NCBI RefSeq assembly: GCF_036588685.1
Contig: NC_086374.1
Location: forward strand, 98,394,001 to 98,458,000
Direction: 5' to 3'
DNA: 64,000 nt
Origin: Mytilus trossulus
Taxonomy: Eukaryota
How positions within the stretch are numbered: the stretch's first letter is position 1; each line of letters opens with the position of its first letter. Position numbers and translations under genes: made by a program. Below, piece after piece: positions 1 through 17,500 of this stretch. Below the pieces are notes generated by a model that did no database searches, was not told the DNA's origin, and saw nothing but the letters and a program-made list of their open reading frames with translations.

Positions 1-142
1 GTGAACTAGAATGAAAGAATACATCTCAGTTCTCTTCGGTCAAGTACAAAGCAGACTTCTTTAACATATCACATTGACATCATCTCATCCTCAATAAGCA
101 TTTAACTTGCTGTCTATATCAAAACAACCATAAATCAACTAA

Positions 143-346
143 GGGCTATTCCAGAAAAAAAATGTAGGGGGGGGGGGGGGGGGGGGTTGGAAGGCACTTT
201 TTGTCAGCACCAGCCACCCAGACAATTGTAATTGAGACTTATAGTGCATTATAGTGTGAAAAGATGCTCTGATACCTATCACCTATGTATTATTAATACA
301 ATGTGCCTTCCAACCCCCCCCCCTACATTTTTTTCTGGAATAGCCC
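143..346. mobile_element. PIF/Harbinger-type MITE
   Basis: TIRs GGGCTATTCCAGAAAAAAAATGTAGGGG.. / ..CCCCTACATTTTTTTCTGGAATAGCCC with TAA on both sides (3-bp TWA TSD). Confidence 0.8.
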
Positions 347-467
347 TAAATAAAAAATTAAATCATTGCAAAAAAGGCAACTGAAATATTAATATATTTA
401 TATTTACAATAACACACATTTGTTGCGTAATGTTTATTACAAAATACTTTTCTTTTGATTTTCGTAG

Positions 468-5735
<5,268 letters not shown>

Positions 5736-5858
5736 TAGATTGCCTCCCTTTGTCTTAAAAATGAACTGAAAACAAAGAATCTTATTGCTGAGATCTGACC
5801 ATTATAATTCATTTATTTCATCATGTCATTTTAATCATGTACATATTATATCAAGACA

Positions 5859-5952
5859 CAAACTCTGAAATAGTGGTGAAGTTGCTTTGCTAAACTATCA
5901 TTAAGGTGAACACAGGGTATCAAAGAGGACTTCACCACTGTTTCAGAGTTTG
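5859..5952. mobile_element. 94-bp foldback MITE with 9-bp TSD (Mutator-like) in the SMARCC 3'UTR
   Basis: Arms CAAACTCTGAAATAGTGGTGAAGT / ACTTCACCACTGTTTCAGAGTTTG; exact direct repeat ATCAAGACA at 5850-5858 and 5953-5961. Confidence 0.8.
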
Positions 5953-6540
5953 ATCAAGACAGTCAGTGAAGCATTTATTTCATCAACTTGGATTTTCAAA
6001 CAAATTGTGTTCTTAAATAGGATTACAGTGTCAAGATATATTTGTACTTTTTTAGAATCCTATATGGATTTTAATTTGATGACATGAAAAATTAGTAAGA
6101 AATATAGTTGTAATAAATAGATGTAATGTTGTGCACATGTTTTATGTCATTGTAAATGTTCGGTGCTGCATCATATGTAAATAAATTTTTGTAATCATTA
6201 AAAACATGAAAACAAACTTCATATTTCAATTTTTCACGCATTTATATTATATGTACTAATTTTTTAAGTGAATGCTTAACGTTACAATGATTTAAATGGA
6301 ATTTTTGGTTTAATAGTTTATACATATGAAATGTTGGTATTGGTTCTCAAACTTGAAGCTAATTTGACCAAGTTTATATAAACTAAATAGGTCTGTTCCA
6401 GAATTGTATGCATTAGAGTTATTATTTAAGACCCCAACATCCCATAAAATGGGAATGTTTGTCCTCATGAATTGCTTTCATTATTTGTATAATGTGGGAA
6501 ATTTTATGTATAAGAAATGAATTCCCTTCCAACTTAATTA

Positions 6541-6759
6541 GGGACGACATCAAAAGATCGATGTAGGATAAAAAACTTAAATCAAATAGTTTGGGGGTGG
6601 GGGTCAACATTGCTGCAAATTTTGTTAATCTAGAATTGATTTTACATATATCCCTAATGGTCAATCAATTTTTCCCAAATTAAGTTAAGAGGGGGGGGGC
6701 AGTGAAAAAACTAGGTGAATTAAGTTTTTTATCCTTCATTGAACTTTTGAGGTCGTCCC
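6541..6759. mobile_element. PIF/Harbinger-type MITE
   Basis: ~55-bp imperfect TIRs GGGACGACATCAAAAG.. / ..CTTTTGAGGTCGTCCC flanked by TTA on both sides. Confidence 0.8.
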
Positions 6760-8254
6760 TTACGCATTAAATGTGGTGGTACTAAATGATAAAGAATTGG
6801 TCTCATCTGTCTGGTTTCAACAATTGCGAAGTTTTCAGCTTAAGTTAGTTTGACTGGACTCACTTGTGATAGACGAATGCTATTAATATAAAAATGCAAT
6901 ACTATCAGTACATATCAGTTTGACACCTATTTTAAGGATCTGTCCCCTTGGCCAGGGATTTTGATTAGTTAGCAATTTTCAATGTTAAGTTTTCTGCTTA
7001 AGTTATATCGACCATGGTCTGATAACTGGATAAAAAAGCATTGTTGTCCATCAGAGTGTCTTTTTCTTAATTTTATGTCTGATGTTAAACTGATAAGAAA
7101 AATGCAAATGCATTAAGACATCTCAACTTACAAATGTCATTTTCATCTGTTTATCTAAAAACCAAAATACATTTTTGTGATATTCAAGTCTTGGAAGTTA
7201 AGTGCTTTTATAGTTGTCACCTCTATAAAGTACATTTTATGAAATTGTACTTTTTAAGTTTTTTTAATTATTATTTGTTGTAAAATATTTCCAATAAACA
7301 CTGATAGAAGTTATGAAATAACCAAATAAATTTTGATAGATAATGTTGATGACATTTTTTTTTTAACGCTGACTTGGGAACATTTTTTTCTTGCCCCTGC
7401 TGAAGCAGAGATGGGCTACTCTCGTCTGTCAATATGTCAAATATTTAGTTTTGTTTGCCTAAACCAAATGTTATGAAACTTAGACACAATGCCTTTTACC
7501 ACAAAGCACATATGAAGTTTGAATATGGGTTGCATCACTTTATGCTTCTTCAGTTGTGTCCTTTAATAATGTTATATGCAAGTGGGGGTATATACACATT
7601 CACTCAAAGACATTGAGGAGATAGAACAAAGACTTGTCAACTCAGTCTGGGTAGGGTGACACAATTTCCTGCTGACTTACATTGTGAATATTTACATTCA
7701 TGCTGCTCATGATTTCTTCACATATATTGTAATAAGTCATTTAAAAAATTACTGTATAAAGGTAACTATTTTTAATTGCCCTAAACATTTCCAAATAAAA
7801 TTTTCATACTTTTCATCCTTTAAATCTGTACTATATTTATTAGATTCATGCAGACACCAATTTGAAACACAATATGTTTTCAATAAGTTTCTATTTATGA
7901 TACCAGTAATCAGATATAATACATGTGCAGGTATAAACAAAACTCACCAAAGATACCATGCTTATAATTGTGCATTCCATAAGTGAATTTTGACTACAGA
8001 AGACTTGTACATGAAGCTCAAATAAGAAAACTTTAAAGGCCAAATAAAGTACTCAGTTGATGAGCTTTCAGAAGCTATAAAGTTAACTCAAAAGGTTTTA
8101 CCAAATACAAATGATGTAATTGTTTACAGGAGGGGGGAATTATATGCCCCCTTTTTATTTGAATTTTTGATTGTTCTGTTTTATCTTAACTTAAACCTTC
8201 AAAAAGCACATTTTAGTCAAAATATGTTTACTGCATATCTTACATCTTGGAGCA

Positions 8255-8457
8255 AATTTCCTAATGCATGTAGAGTAATACTTTGGTTGGCTTGCTTGCT
8301 TTGATTGTATAAATGTTAGCTTAACATCTGCATACAATATAGACAGGCATAGTTAAACCTTTATATAATATGTTTAAATTCCCAATTACAATTGTACAAT
8401 ATAAAAACAAAAGTAAGCAAGCTAACCAAAGTTTTACTCTACATGCATTAGGAAATT
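8255..8457. mobile_element. Foldback/MITE-like inverted repeat
   Basis: AATTTCCTAATGCATGTAGAGTAA..CTTTGGTT.GCTTGCTT pairs with AAGCAAGCTAACCAAAG..TTACTCTACATGCATTAGGAAATT; no clear TSD. Confidence 0.6.
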
Positions 8458-8731
8458 AACTATATGATGAAATCTCTGCATGATGTAAATAAGAACTTCA
8501 TCTTAGAGGAGATATTTCAAAAACTTAAATCAGATATTTGCATAGCAATTCAAAAATCACTGCATTACCTTTCAAGTGACTTATTGCAATATGTTTGTAT
8601 ACAAATTAAATACGTCATTAAAGTAACCATATAGTGGAGTTCTTCACATTGCACTTGTAACATTGATGACAGCCTTGGAATCTGTGTCTGGGTTGAGTTC
8701 TTACTTTTTTAGTTCTTTAATTTTAAGGACA

Positions 8732-9017
8732 TTTTTATGCCCCACTTACGATAGAGAAGGGCATTATTTTTTCTGGTTTGTGCGTCCGTTTATCTGTCCG
8801 TTCCTTTGTTCGTATGTCCAGTTTCAGGTTAAAGTTTTTGGTCGAGGTAGTTTTTGATGAACTCCAATTAACCTGAAACTTAGTATATATGTTTCTTATG
8901 ATATGATCTTTCTAACTTTAATGTAAAAATAAAGTTCTGACCCAATTTTATGGTCCATTGAACATAGAAAATGATAGTGCGAGTGGGGCATCTGTGTACT
9001 GGGGACACATTCTTGTT
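8732..9017 (+). mobile_element. Non-autonomous Helentron-type element (HINE/DINE-1-like)
   Basis: T-run start, subterminal IRs ATGCCCCAC / GTGGGGCAT, (GTCC/GTTC)-like microsatellite, 3' hairpin TGTGTACTGGGGACACA, TCTTGTTT end. An inverted copy of the same family lies at 53368-54120. Confidence 0.75.
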
Positions 9018-11098
9018 TCATTCTGTGTATCATTCATATCAGTATAATATTACCCAAGTCCTCACAGTTATTCCTTCTGCTTTTACACCCCATTATTCTC
9101 TTTTCTTTATATTTTTTGCTTATTTTTCTCTATTTCTTTTTATAGTATTTTCTAGTCTGTAAACTTCATCCAGACCCTCTTAGTAGGGCTATAAATGGGC
9201 TTCCCAGTTTGTTTGTCCAGTAACAACATTAAAGTTTTTTATTATAGCTGTATTTCCTTCTTCTAAATCTGAATTCTGTATGTGCAAGAAAATTGTAACA
9301 ATATAAAGTCAACCAAGCCAGTACAGTTTGCGTGTAGTTGGGACATAATACATTGTTAGCATAATAGTCCTACTAAAGTGGAGAAATCTCGTTATAAAGG
9401 TCACTGTTAATACATGTTATACATTGGTGATTCATTCACAAAGAAAATACTTTATTATAAGTTCTGAATAAATGAAGTGTAAAGTCCCTTTAATTTGTGA
9501 ACTTTTATGAAATACTTTCCACTGAACACGTATTCAATACTCAGCAGCAGTTCATTGTTCTTATTCAATAGCTTTTCTCGCCACTGAAACTAATACCAAT
9601 AATGATAATCAGATGTATTCAGTCAAACTAAATAAAGATCTATTATACAACAATTAAATATCCTCTCCCAATTATAAAGAAGACTTAGAATTGTATTCTT
9701 GATCGCTGGCTTGTAACAGTCACGGTGAAAAGAAAGAAATACGCTCATATGTTGGGTCCTTTAAGGCAATATTTTTGTTGTCATTTATTTGACCTAGATG
9801 TAAGCTTGTGTTATTTTAAACATGTAAATAAACGTTGGACCCAATAAAAATTGAAGTGCTTTGATAACGGAAATTGTGTCAAGAACTAAAACAGTTTAAT
9901 AGTACGATTTCGTTTACATACATTCTTTTGTTTACCTTTTTGATTATTACAAAGCATCAACTTTAAAGCCAGCTCATTACTGAATCTGATAACCACAGGA
10001 TCCTTTCCTGACCTTATAAAGACTGCTCTAACGAATAAGCAAAATGTGACCTGCGTTTTGTCTACTCTAAGGACTTAACTAGCTATCATTCACTATGGGT
10101 AAGTAAATCTAATGAAATGTAACGCAGGTGAAATTGATGATTTAAATGAATTTATGACATTATGAATTATGGTATATATCTCATCATTGTGACACGAATA
10201 TGACAGAGTCGTAACATACCTGAGACAGTTTTATGTTAACCTTATATACTTGTAGTCCACATCGTATTTTAACCTTGGTTGTTAAGTTGTGTTTTACATT
10301 ATGATCGGAAAGGAAATCGGAATATTAAGCTTTCAAATTTCATTTTCAAGTAAGTTCATTGATATATTTAAATTATTATAACATGCTCATGATACTTGGT
10401 AAAGATGAGTTCGTTTGTTCGGACAGAGTCTTTCATTTTATTGACTGGCCATACGGTCTGTCTGGACGAACCGAATTATCGAACATGACCGTGTTTTAAA
10501 AGCATCTTTCCTACCTGACAGTTGACTAGTACTTACATTTGAAAATAAGATTAGAATATGTGGGATCATTGCCAATGAGAAAACTCGCCACCAAAGAACC
10601 AACGACATAGTTGTGAGCAACTATAGCTTACCGTACGGCCTTCAACAATGAGCAAACACCGATAAAGGTCTGTATCCAGTACAGAAAGCGGCAACGAGTT
10701 AAGAGAACACTAGAAGAGGCTATAAGCGTTAAGTAGAATTTCAAGATCTTTCAATTTAGTACACAGCCGACTATTCGCTTTAGTTTTTTCTTGTTGTTGA
10801 ATGCCGTAATTGTATAGAGGACTGAATTAACCCGAGTTACTACTACGAAATATTTATCGTCCGTAATTGATTGGAAAATGTCCCAACGAGCTTGACCTTG
10901 ACCACGATATAGCGGGAAAATGTTCAATCGAGCTCTTTCTGATCCAAAATTTTAACAGTGCTTGGATATCATCGATAAAACAGCAATATTTCGATTGAAT
11001 GGATTATACAACTTGCAAATGTTCTATCGATCTAAATCATAATGTAACGTACAAATGCTACATCAATCTCATCCATGATATAAGGGGCACATTCGATA

Positions 11099-11310
11099 GG
11101 GGCTTCGGTGGTCGAGTGTGCTAAGTAATCGAACTACTGACACGTATGAGTTGCAGGTGCGCTCGACTCCAATCTTAATAGATTTTGTTTGTTAATATTT
11201 CCTACCGAAGGTATATGGGTATCTCCGGTCATCCGACTTCCTCCACCAATAAAAACTGACCGCCACGAAATATGACGATAGTGATGATGGTGGCTTAAAC
11301 ACCATTGAAT
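11099..11310 (+). mobile_element. Degenerate tRNA-head SINE with a V/Meta-type central domain
   Basis: 5' GGGGCTTCGGTGGTCGAGTG (A-box-like) and TCTCCGGTCATCCGACTTCCTCCACCAATAAAAACTGACCGCCACGA core resembling bivalve V/Meta SINEs. Confidence 0.55.
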
Positions 11311-12871
11311 CGACCAATTATCTCGACATCATCCCTAATATAACGGACAAATATTCTAACGATCTCATCCACAATATCACTGACAAATTTTCTATCGTTA
11401 TGTTCTTATTCAATGATTTAAACAAACGTAAATAATTTATGTAGAAAACTCAATATTGATTTTGTATATCACCACATACATAAGTAACCCTTATAAATAT
11501 ATATCTCATCCATATTGATCTCATTCATGGACAAATTGAATGGACGATTGAACTTAGTTAAATGTTACCGTGACAATGAGCGGCTAAGAGTACAAATGTA
11601 TTCTTAAAACTCAATGTTATTTTTTAACGCTGTGTATTTGCACTGTAAATTCGGAGTAGATACCGCCCCAGGCTGGTTAAATTGGAAATCAGACGAGGAA
11701 AATAAAAAGCATCAATACGATCAAGGAAAAACACCCGCAATAATAGCTTGAAGGGGTTTAAGCCGGGTATTCCGGAAGGAACAGCATATAGCCCTACCAT
11801 AGTCGATAACTGGTTTACGGATCAGTGTTTATTTGCAGGTTTTCGTTGACAATACTGCACTTGTAAAAACACCCTTTAAAACCTTTCCAGATTTAAAAAT
11901 TACCGTTTATTTGCTCCTGTATTTATTACTGTATGCACCAGAAAGAGGTTAATCATGCTGAAGAGATAACACAATTCAAACTTCAAACATTTCTAAAAAT
12001 GTAATTTAAAAGAGGATATTTGATGTGCATTCTGTCTATTATACCTGTGTTGAATCATAATGTGATTAGTAATAATTCATAGCATTTTTGTTTAAATAAA
12101 TCGAATAACCTTGGTATATATAGATTAATTTTATTTATCTTTTTTTCGTGTGTTTTGACTGCTTTAAAGGGCCATTATCTGTCAAATTCATGATCACCGA
12201 ATTAATTGTAATTCACATATTTGATCAATAACATAATAAAACGTACCGGGTATATCAAATTTAAAAATAGTCTAACTTAAACAAAGAACAATGCATGAAC
12301 TCAATAATATGTATCGTCATTTCGTGTGTATTTTATCTCTGACTCAGGGGTTAAAATGAAGTTCACATGAATACACAATCATTCAATAACGTAAACTTTT
12401 GACTTGCAAGTCAATAATACACCTTTCATGTATGTTCCTATCCTTATTTTGAAAAAAAATGGCAAAACTGACTGATTATAACGAAATATTATTTCAAAAT
12501 TCGGCTGTTATATATTTTTGAAACAAAAATAATCGTATTTTATTTTTTGTCTACCACGTAGCTAATGCACCTTCTAAATGCTAAATAAAAAAAATCAAAT
12601 TAAAGTGGCTATATCATATATTTGGTGTAAATATACACCCTGAGAAAGAGAAACTGTTTGTCTTTTCTTATGTACCAGAATGAATTTTTCACCATTTCTA
12701 AACAGAAACAATCACAAATTTACCAAATGGTAATTAAATGGAAAGAAAAAGCCCAACTTTCATCAATCTTGTAAATGCTCAGACAATTGATATGGGCACA
12801 GGACATTTGAGCGAAAAAAATAAAACTACTAGGGGATGTTTTGAGCGCCGGATTAATCCGCTCACCTGTAT

Positions 12872-13268
12872 TGGCTGAAAGGTTTATCTGGCATCGCATT
12901 TCTAGATGATCAAGATGTACTAGTATCTGATTGTTTTGTAGAGGAGTTCACGTCCGTTGCACCAGAAGATAAGAGATGTGTCGAATTCACTGATTATCTT
13001 ACCGAATATTATGTTTCTGAAGATTCAATGTTCCCACCTAAGCTTTGGGCAGAAGTTCTTAGCAACTCGAAGCGAAAAAATAATGGTCCAGAGTCGTTCC
13101 ATGCCCATTATAATGAGCCATTTTTTAGTTGTCATCCACCAATTTAGGTTTTTCTCAATACTTTTATAAAATGTCAAACAACAACATATATAAAGATACG
13201 AAGTATAGAGGAATGTGCTCCACAATCGAGAAAAGATAAAGAGAAAGAGCAGTTCCAAATGCAATAAA
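12872..13268 (+). pseudogene. Mutator-like (MULE) transposase C-terminal fragment with an in-frame stop
   Basis: Frame from 12872 reads WLKGLSGIAFL..EFTDYLTEYYVSEDSMFPPKLWAEVLSNSKRKNNGPESFHAHYNEPFFSCHPPI*VFLNTFIKCQTTTYIKIRSI, matching the MULE FPPxxW..RTNNxxESFH..HP motif around the catalytic Glu. Confidence 0.8.
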
Positions 13269-14558
13269 CAGTATTGTACAGGTCTAGAGCCCATTACCTA
13301 CGTTCTTTAGTTTATAAATTCCAGGCTAGAACAGACTTTTAACATTTGATTTAACATTTTAGACTTTTAGTGCTGTATTTTAATTGAAAAGTTTTATATA
13401 TATCAACTACAATGAAAATATTCGTTGCTTTTAAGGGACAACCACATTGGTTTTCTCGGGGGGGGGGGGGGGGGGATTAAATGCCGTTTTTAGGTGTTAA
13501 TCCTATATTGTCTATACGGCCAATTAAATCGGCACGTAATAAATGCTGACAATTAGTTACTAGTAATCTCTTACCGTTTTTACTTACTTTGACAGCATGT
13601 GTAACCCTATTGTTATGTGTTGCTAAGTGTTTTTAATTAGTACAGCAAATTTTATTAAATGAATTAGGGGTGGGTCGCCCTTGAAACCGGTTACATGTCC
13701 AACTATATCGAAATTAAAATCTGAACTTTCGTCGACTTCGATATTCTGTTCATCACTGGGGTATTTTTTTAGCACGTAGTGTATATTCTAGATTCTTCAC
13801 TGTATCAGAAACCACCAATTCACCCACATATAGAAAACAGTAATGGCCCTACTCTGGCTTCTAGTAGTGCTTTTGATGCCACTGTACCCTTTCAAATATT
13901 TCACAGCTTTCAGCTCGACCGACAATATGTATGTGAAAACTTAATTTGATCATTAACAATCGTATGGGTTCATTCATTGTAATTACATTAAAAGATCTGT
14001 ACAGTTTGTACACATCTTAGCACGAGATAAATCTCCGTGATCCATTGACACATGGCTGCATGTCTATACCCATTGTTATATTCTGCGTGAAAATACACCC
14101 CATTGCCAATCACAAAAAGTGACCCATGACAGCAGCACGTCTGTAAATACCCATTTATAAGAAAAGATCCCCTCCCCCTGTCCATAATATATTAATTTTA
14201 GATCTTTATAAAAACCAGGAGGTATTTTTAGTAATAGTTGACCTCGGAGTCCGAGTTTCACTACAAGACTTTATAAACATTGGCTGAAAATTGGCACATA
14301 GAAATATGATACATGTACAATTTAGGATTTACCAGCTGTTTCTATGAAGTTTAACTGAAGGTAAAATATTTTAAAAGCCGCAAACATTGACAAAAATAGA
14401 TTATATACTAGTAGTTGGTTTGCCACCCACCACAGGCTTATCATAACGGATAGCGTTATATGCTTTTAAAAATTTATTTCTCGCCTCGATATTTTGAAAA
14501 TGTATGTTCTTCTGTATGTTCACTGAAAATTGCTACTTTATTTTTTAGGTGACAGATA

Positions 14559-17500
14559 ATGGCTTTAACAGAAGAGAGAGCAGCATGTTTATTTTGGTCT
14601 GGAACAATTTGCGCTTTCTTATTCACCATACTGTATTCATCGTTGTGCATTCTTAAAATGTAAGGATAATTTTAATTTACTAGTAATTTATAAATCATAA
14701 AGGCCCGTACAGTCATATTTGCTCTGATTTTAAAATATGAAATGACGAAATCCGCCCTTGCGAATTACCAATTGACTGTGGCGTAAAAGAACAATACTGC
14801 TGATTTGTTTTTGTTATTTGTAGTTGACAATTTAGCAATAACAATTCATTATTATAATGACAGTTGAATTAATTATCCTCGTGGCATGTTTAGTGTTTAT
14901 AAAATGTCCTGTCATATCATAAAAGTATATTCATGTATGCAATTTTATTTACATAATATTTATATAACAAAAGAAAGGCTTAACAATAGACATACATGCG
15001 AGTCAAATATGATGTATATTTGTCTATTACGCAACTCACCACTATATTGTATTCTCTATTCCTTTGAGACGGGGAAGAATGACGAAGAAAGTGGCAAACA
15101 AAAATCGGCACATTGAAGAACTAAGAAAAACCACCTTGAATAAAAAATGGTTACGAGCTTTGAATGATGCATTTATCTTACACGAAATTCATATGCAACA
15201 CGGAGAATAATCACCGCGGCCCAGCACCATTATTACGACCGAGGGGAATGCATAACACTGAATATGAATATATTACTTATTTGTTGAAAAGTCAAATACT
15301 TGGCATGGGTATACTAATTGTAATAGTTTAGTTCTAAAAACTTGATACACAATTTATACTCAGTGCAGTTGGTTTTGTTCTTATTGAAACTGAGATATTG
15401 TCTTGAGTGGGGAGACGACCGTTTGATTCAGGGAGTTGGTGGTAGCTGGAGGATATGTTTTCAAATTGACTATTAATTATCATCTACTACGTATTCCCCC
15501 CCCCCCCCTTTTTTCCCCCGCAGAATACTCTTTTTCATCATGTTTTATTCATGTATTCATGTTCAGGTCTTACCAGGCCAGGATATTAATTTTTCAATAT
15601 CCTCATGTCCTTTTCACAAACGATGATCGTCCCCGAAGTGTTTTGAAGTATTCTTTATCATGTATATATTTATTTTCAGAGGTATTGTTAGTTCAGAAAC
15701 ATGTGCGTTCTTAGAGATATCGACGGTAGCGTCAGTGCTAGCCTTTATCATTGGAATGGCTTATTACTGCTACAAACAAAAGGTAAGGTACAATAAAAGT
15801 TCGTTCGTTGTATTTAGATTTTTCGACAATCTGAATTAAAAATCGTACATATATCAACTTGCGTGTTCTGAACTTCATATGAGGATAACAAAATCAGAGA
15901 TCGTTATTTAAATTTGATTTACTTTACCACAATTGAAAAAAAGCATGCTAGATTTGATCATTGAAAAGGTTATATTAGATTTTACTTTTGGAAAGACCAT
16001 TTTAGATTCAATCCTTGAAAAGGTGATGTTTGATTGTACCATAGAAATGGTAATGTAATATATAATTTTACCATTTGAAAGATCATGTTAAATTTTACCA
16101 TTGGAAAAGCCATGATGTTAAATTTTACAATTTGAAAGATGTTGTTATAGATAACCATTGGAAAGGTCATGTTATATTTTACCATCAGAAAGTTCATGTT
16201 ATATTTTACCATTGAAAAGAGTATGTTGGAGTTTACCATTTGAAAGGTCTTGTTAGATTTTAACATTAATTTGGAAAAGACAGGTTGATTTTACCATTGC
16301 AAAGGTCATGTTAGATTTTACCTTTATCCAATATATTGTTGATACAAACAAAAATATTCAGCATTTGTCACTAATTTCAAAGGAAGTCTACCATTTTGAA
16401 CCACACTAAGAATAATCTTTTAATTCAAGTGGTAGAAAGTTTAGAACATAACTGACGGGCTTTTCTTCAAAGGTTGTGGTGGTATATGTTTGTTTAATTT
16501 GCAAGAAGCTGAGAACACACCTTGCAATATCTATACGTACGATTGAAGGTATACGCGAATCATACGCAGTTGTCACTTACAGTTATATGTTGATCTGATA
16601 ACTTTACAGGTTGGACTGTCTGATTCCAATGATATTTACACACATTGGACTATATCAAGACGACATCATATCACACATAAACCAAGAGATACTGAGGTCA
16701 TGACACCCGCTCCTGACGAGGATGTGCCACATGGTATGTATTAAAACGTACAGTTCTTCGTACAATGACACATATCACACATAAACCAAGAGACACTGAG
16801 GTCATGACACCCACTCCTGATGAGGATGTGCCACATGGTATGTATTAAAACGTACAGTTCTTCGTACAATAACACATATCACACATAAATCAAGAGATAC
16901 TGAGGTCATGACACCCACTCCTGATGAGGATGTGCCACATGGTATGTATTAAAACGTACAGTTCTTCGTACAATTACACATATCACACATAAACCAAGAG
17001 ACACTGAGGTCATGACACCCATTCCTGATGAGGATGTGCCACATGGTATGTATTAAAACGTACAGTTCTTCGAAAAATGACACATATCACACATAAACCA
17101 AGAGACACTGAGATCATGACATCCACTCCTGATGAGGATGTGCCACATGGTATGTATTAAAACGTACAGTTCTTCGTACAATGACACATATCACACATAA
17201 ACCAAGAGACACTGAGGTCATGACACCCATTCCTGATGAGGATGTGCCACATGGTATGTATTAAAACGTACAGTTCTTCGTACAATGACACATATCACAC
17301 ATAAACCAAGAGATACTGAGGTCATGACACCCACTCCTGATGAGGATGTGCCACATGGTATGTATTAAAACGTACAGTTCTTCGTACAATTACACATATC
17401 ACACATAAACCAAGAGACACTGAGGTCATGACACCCACTCCTGATGAGGATGTGCCATATTGTATGTATTGAAACGTACAGTTCTTCGTACAATTACACA

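Noticed and set aside
10307-10347. IRF/ISRE-like GAAANNGAAA motif near the putative RING gene first exon
   Set aside because: Expected by chance in DNA this AT-rich; no independent support.
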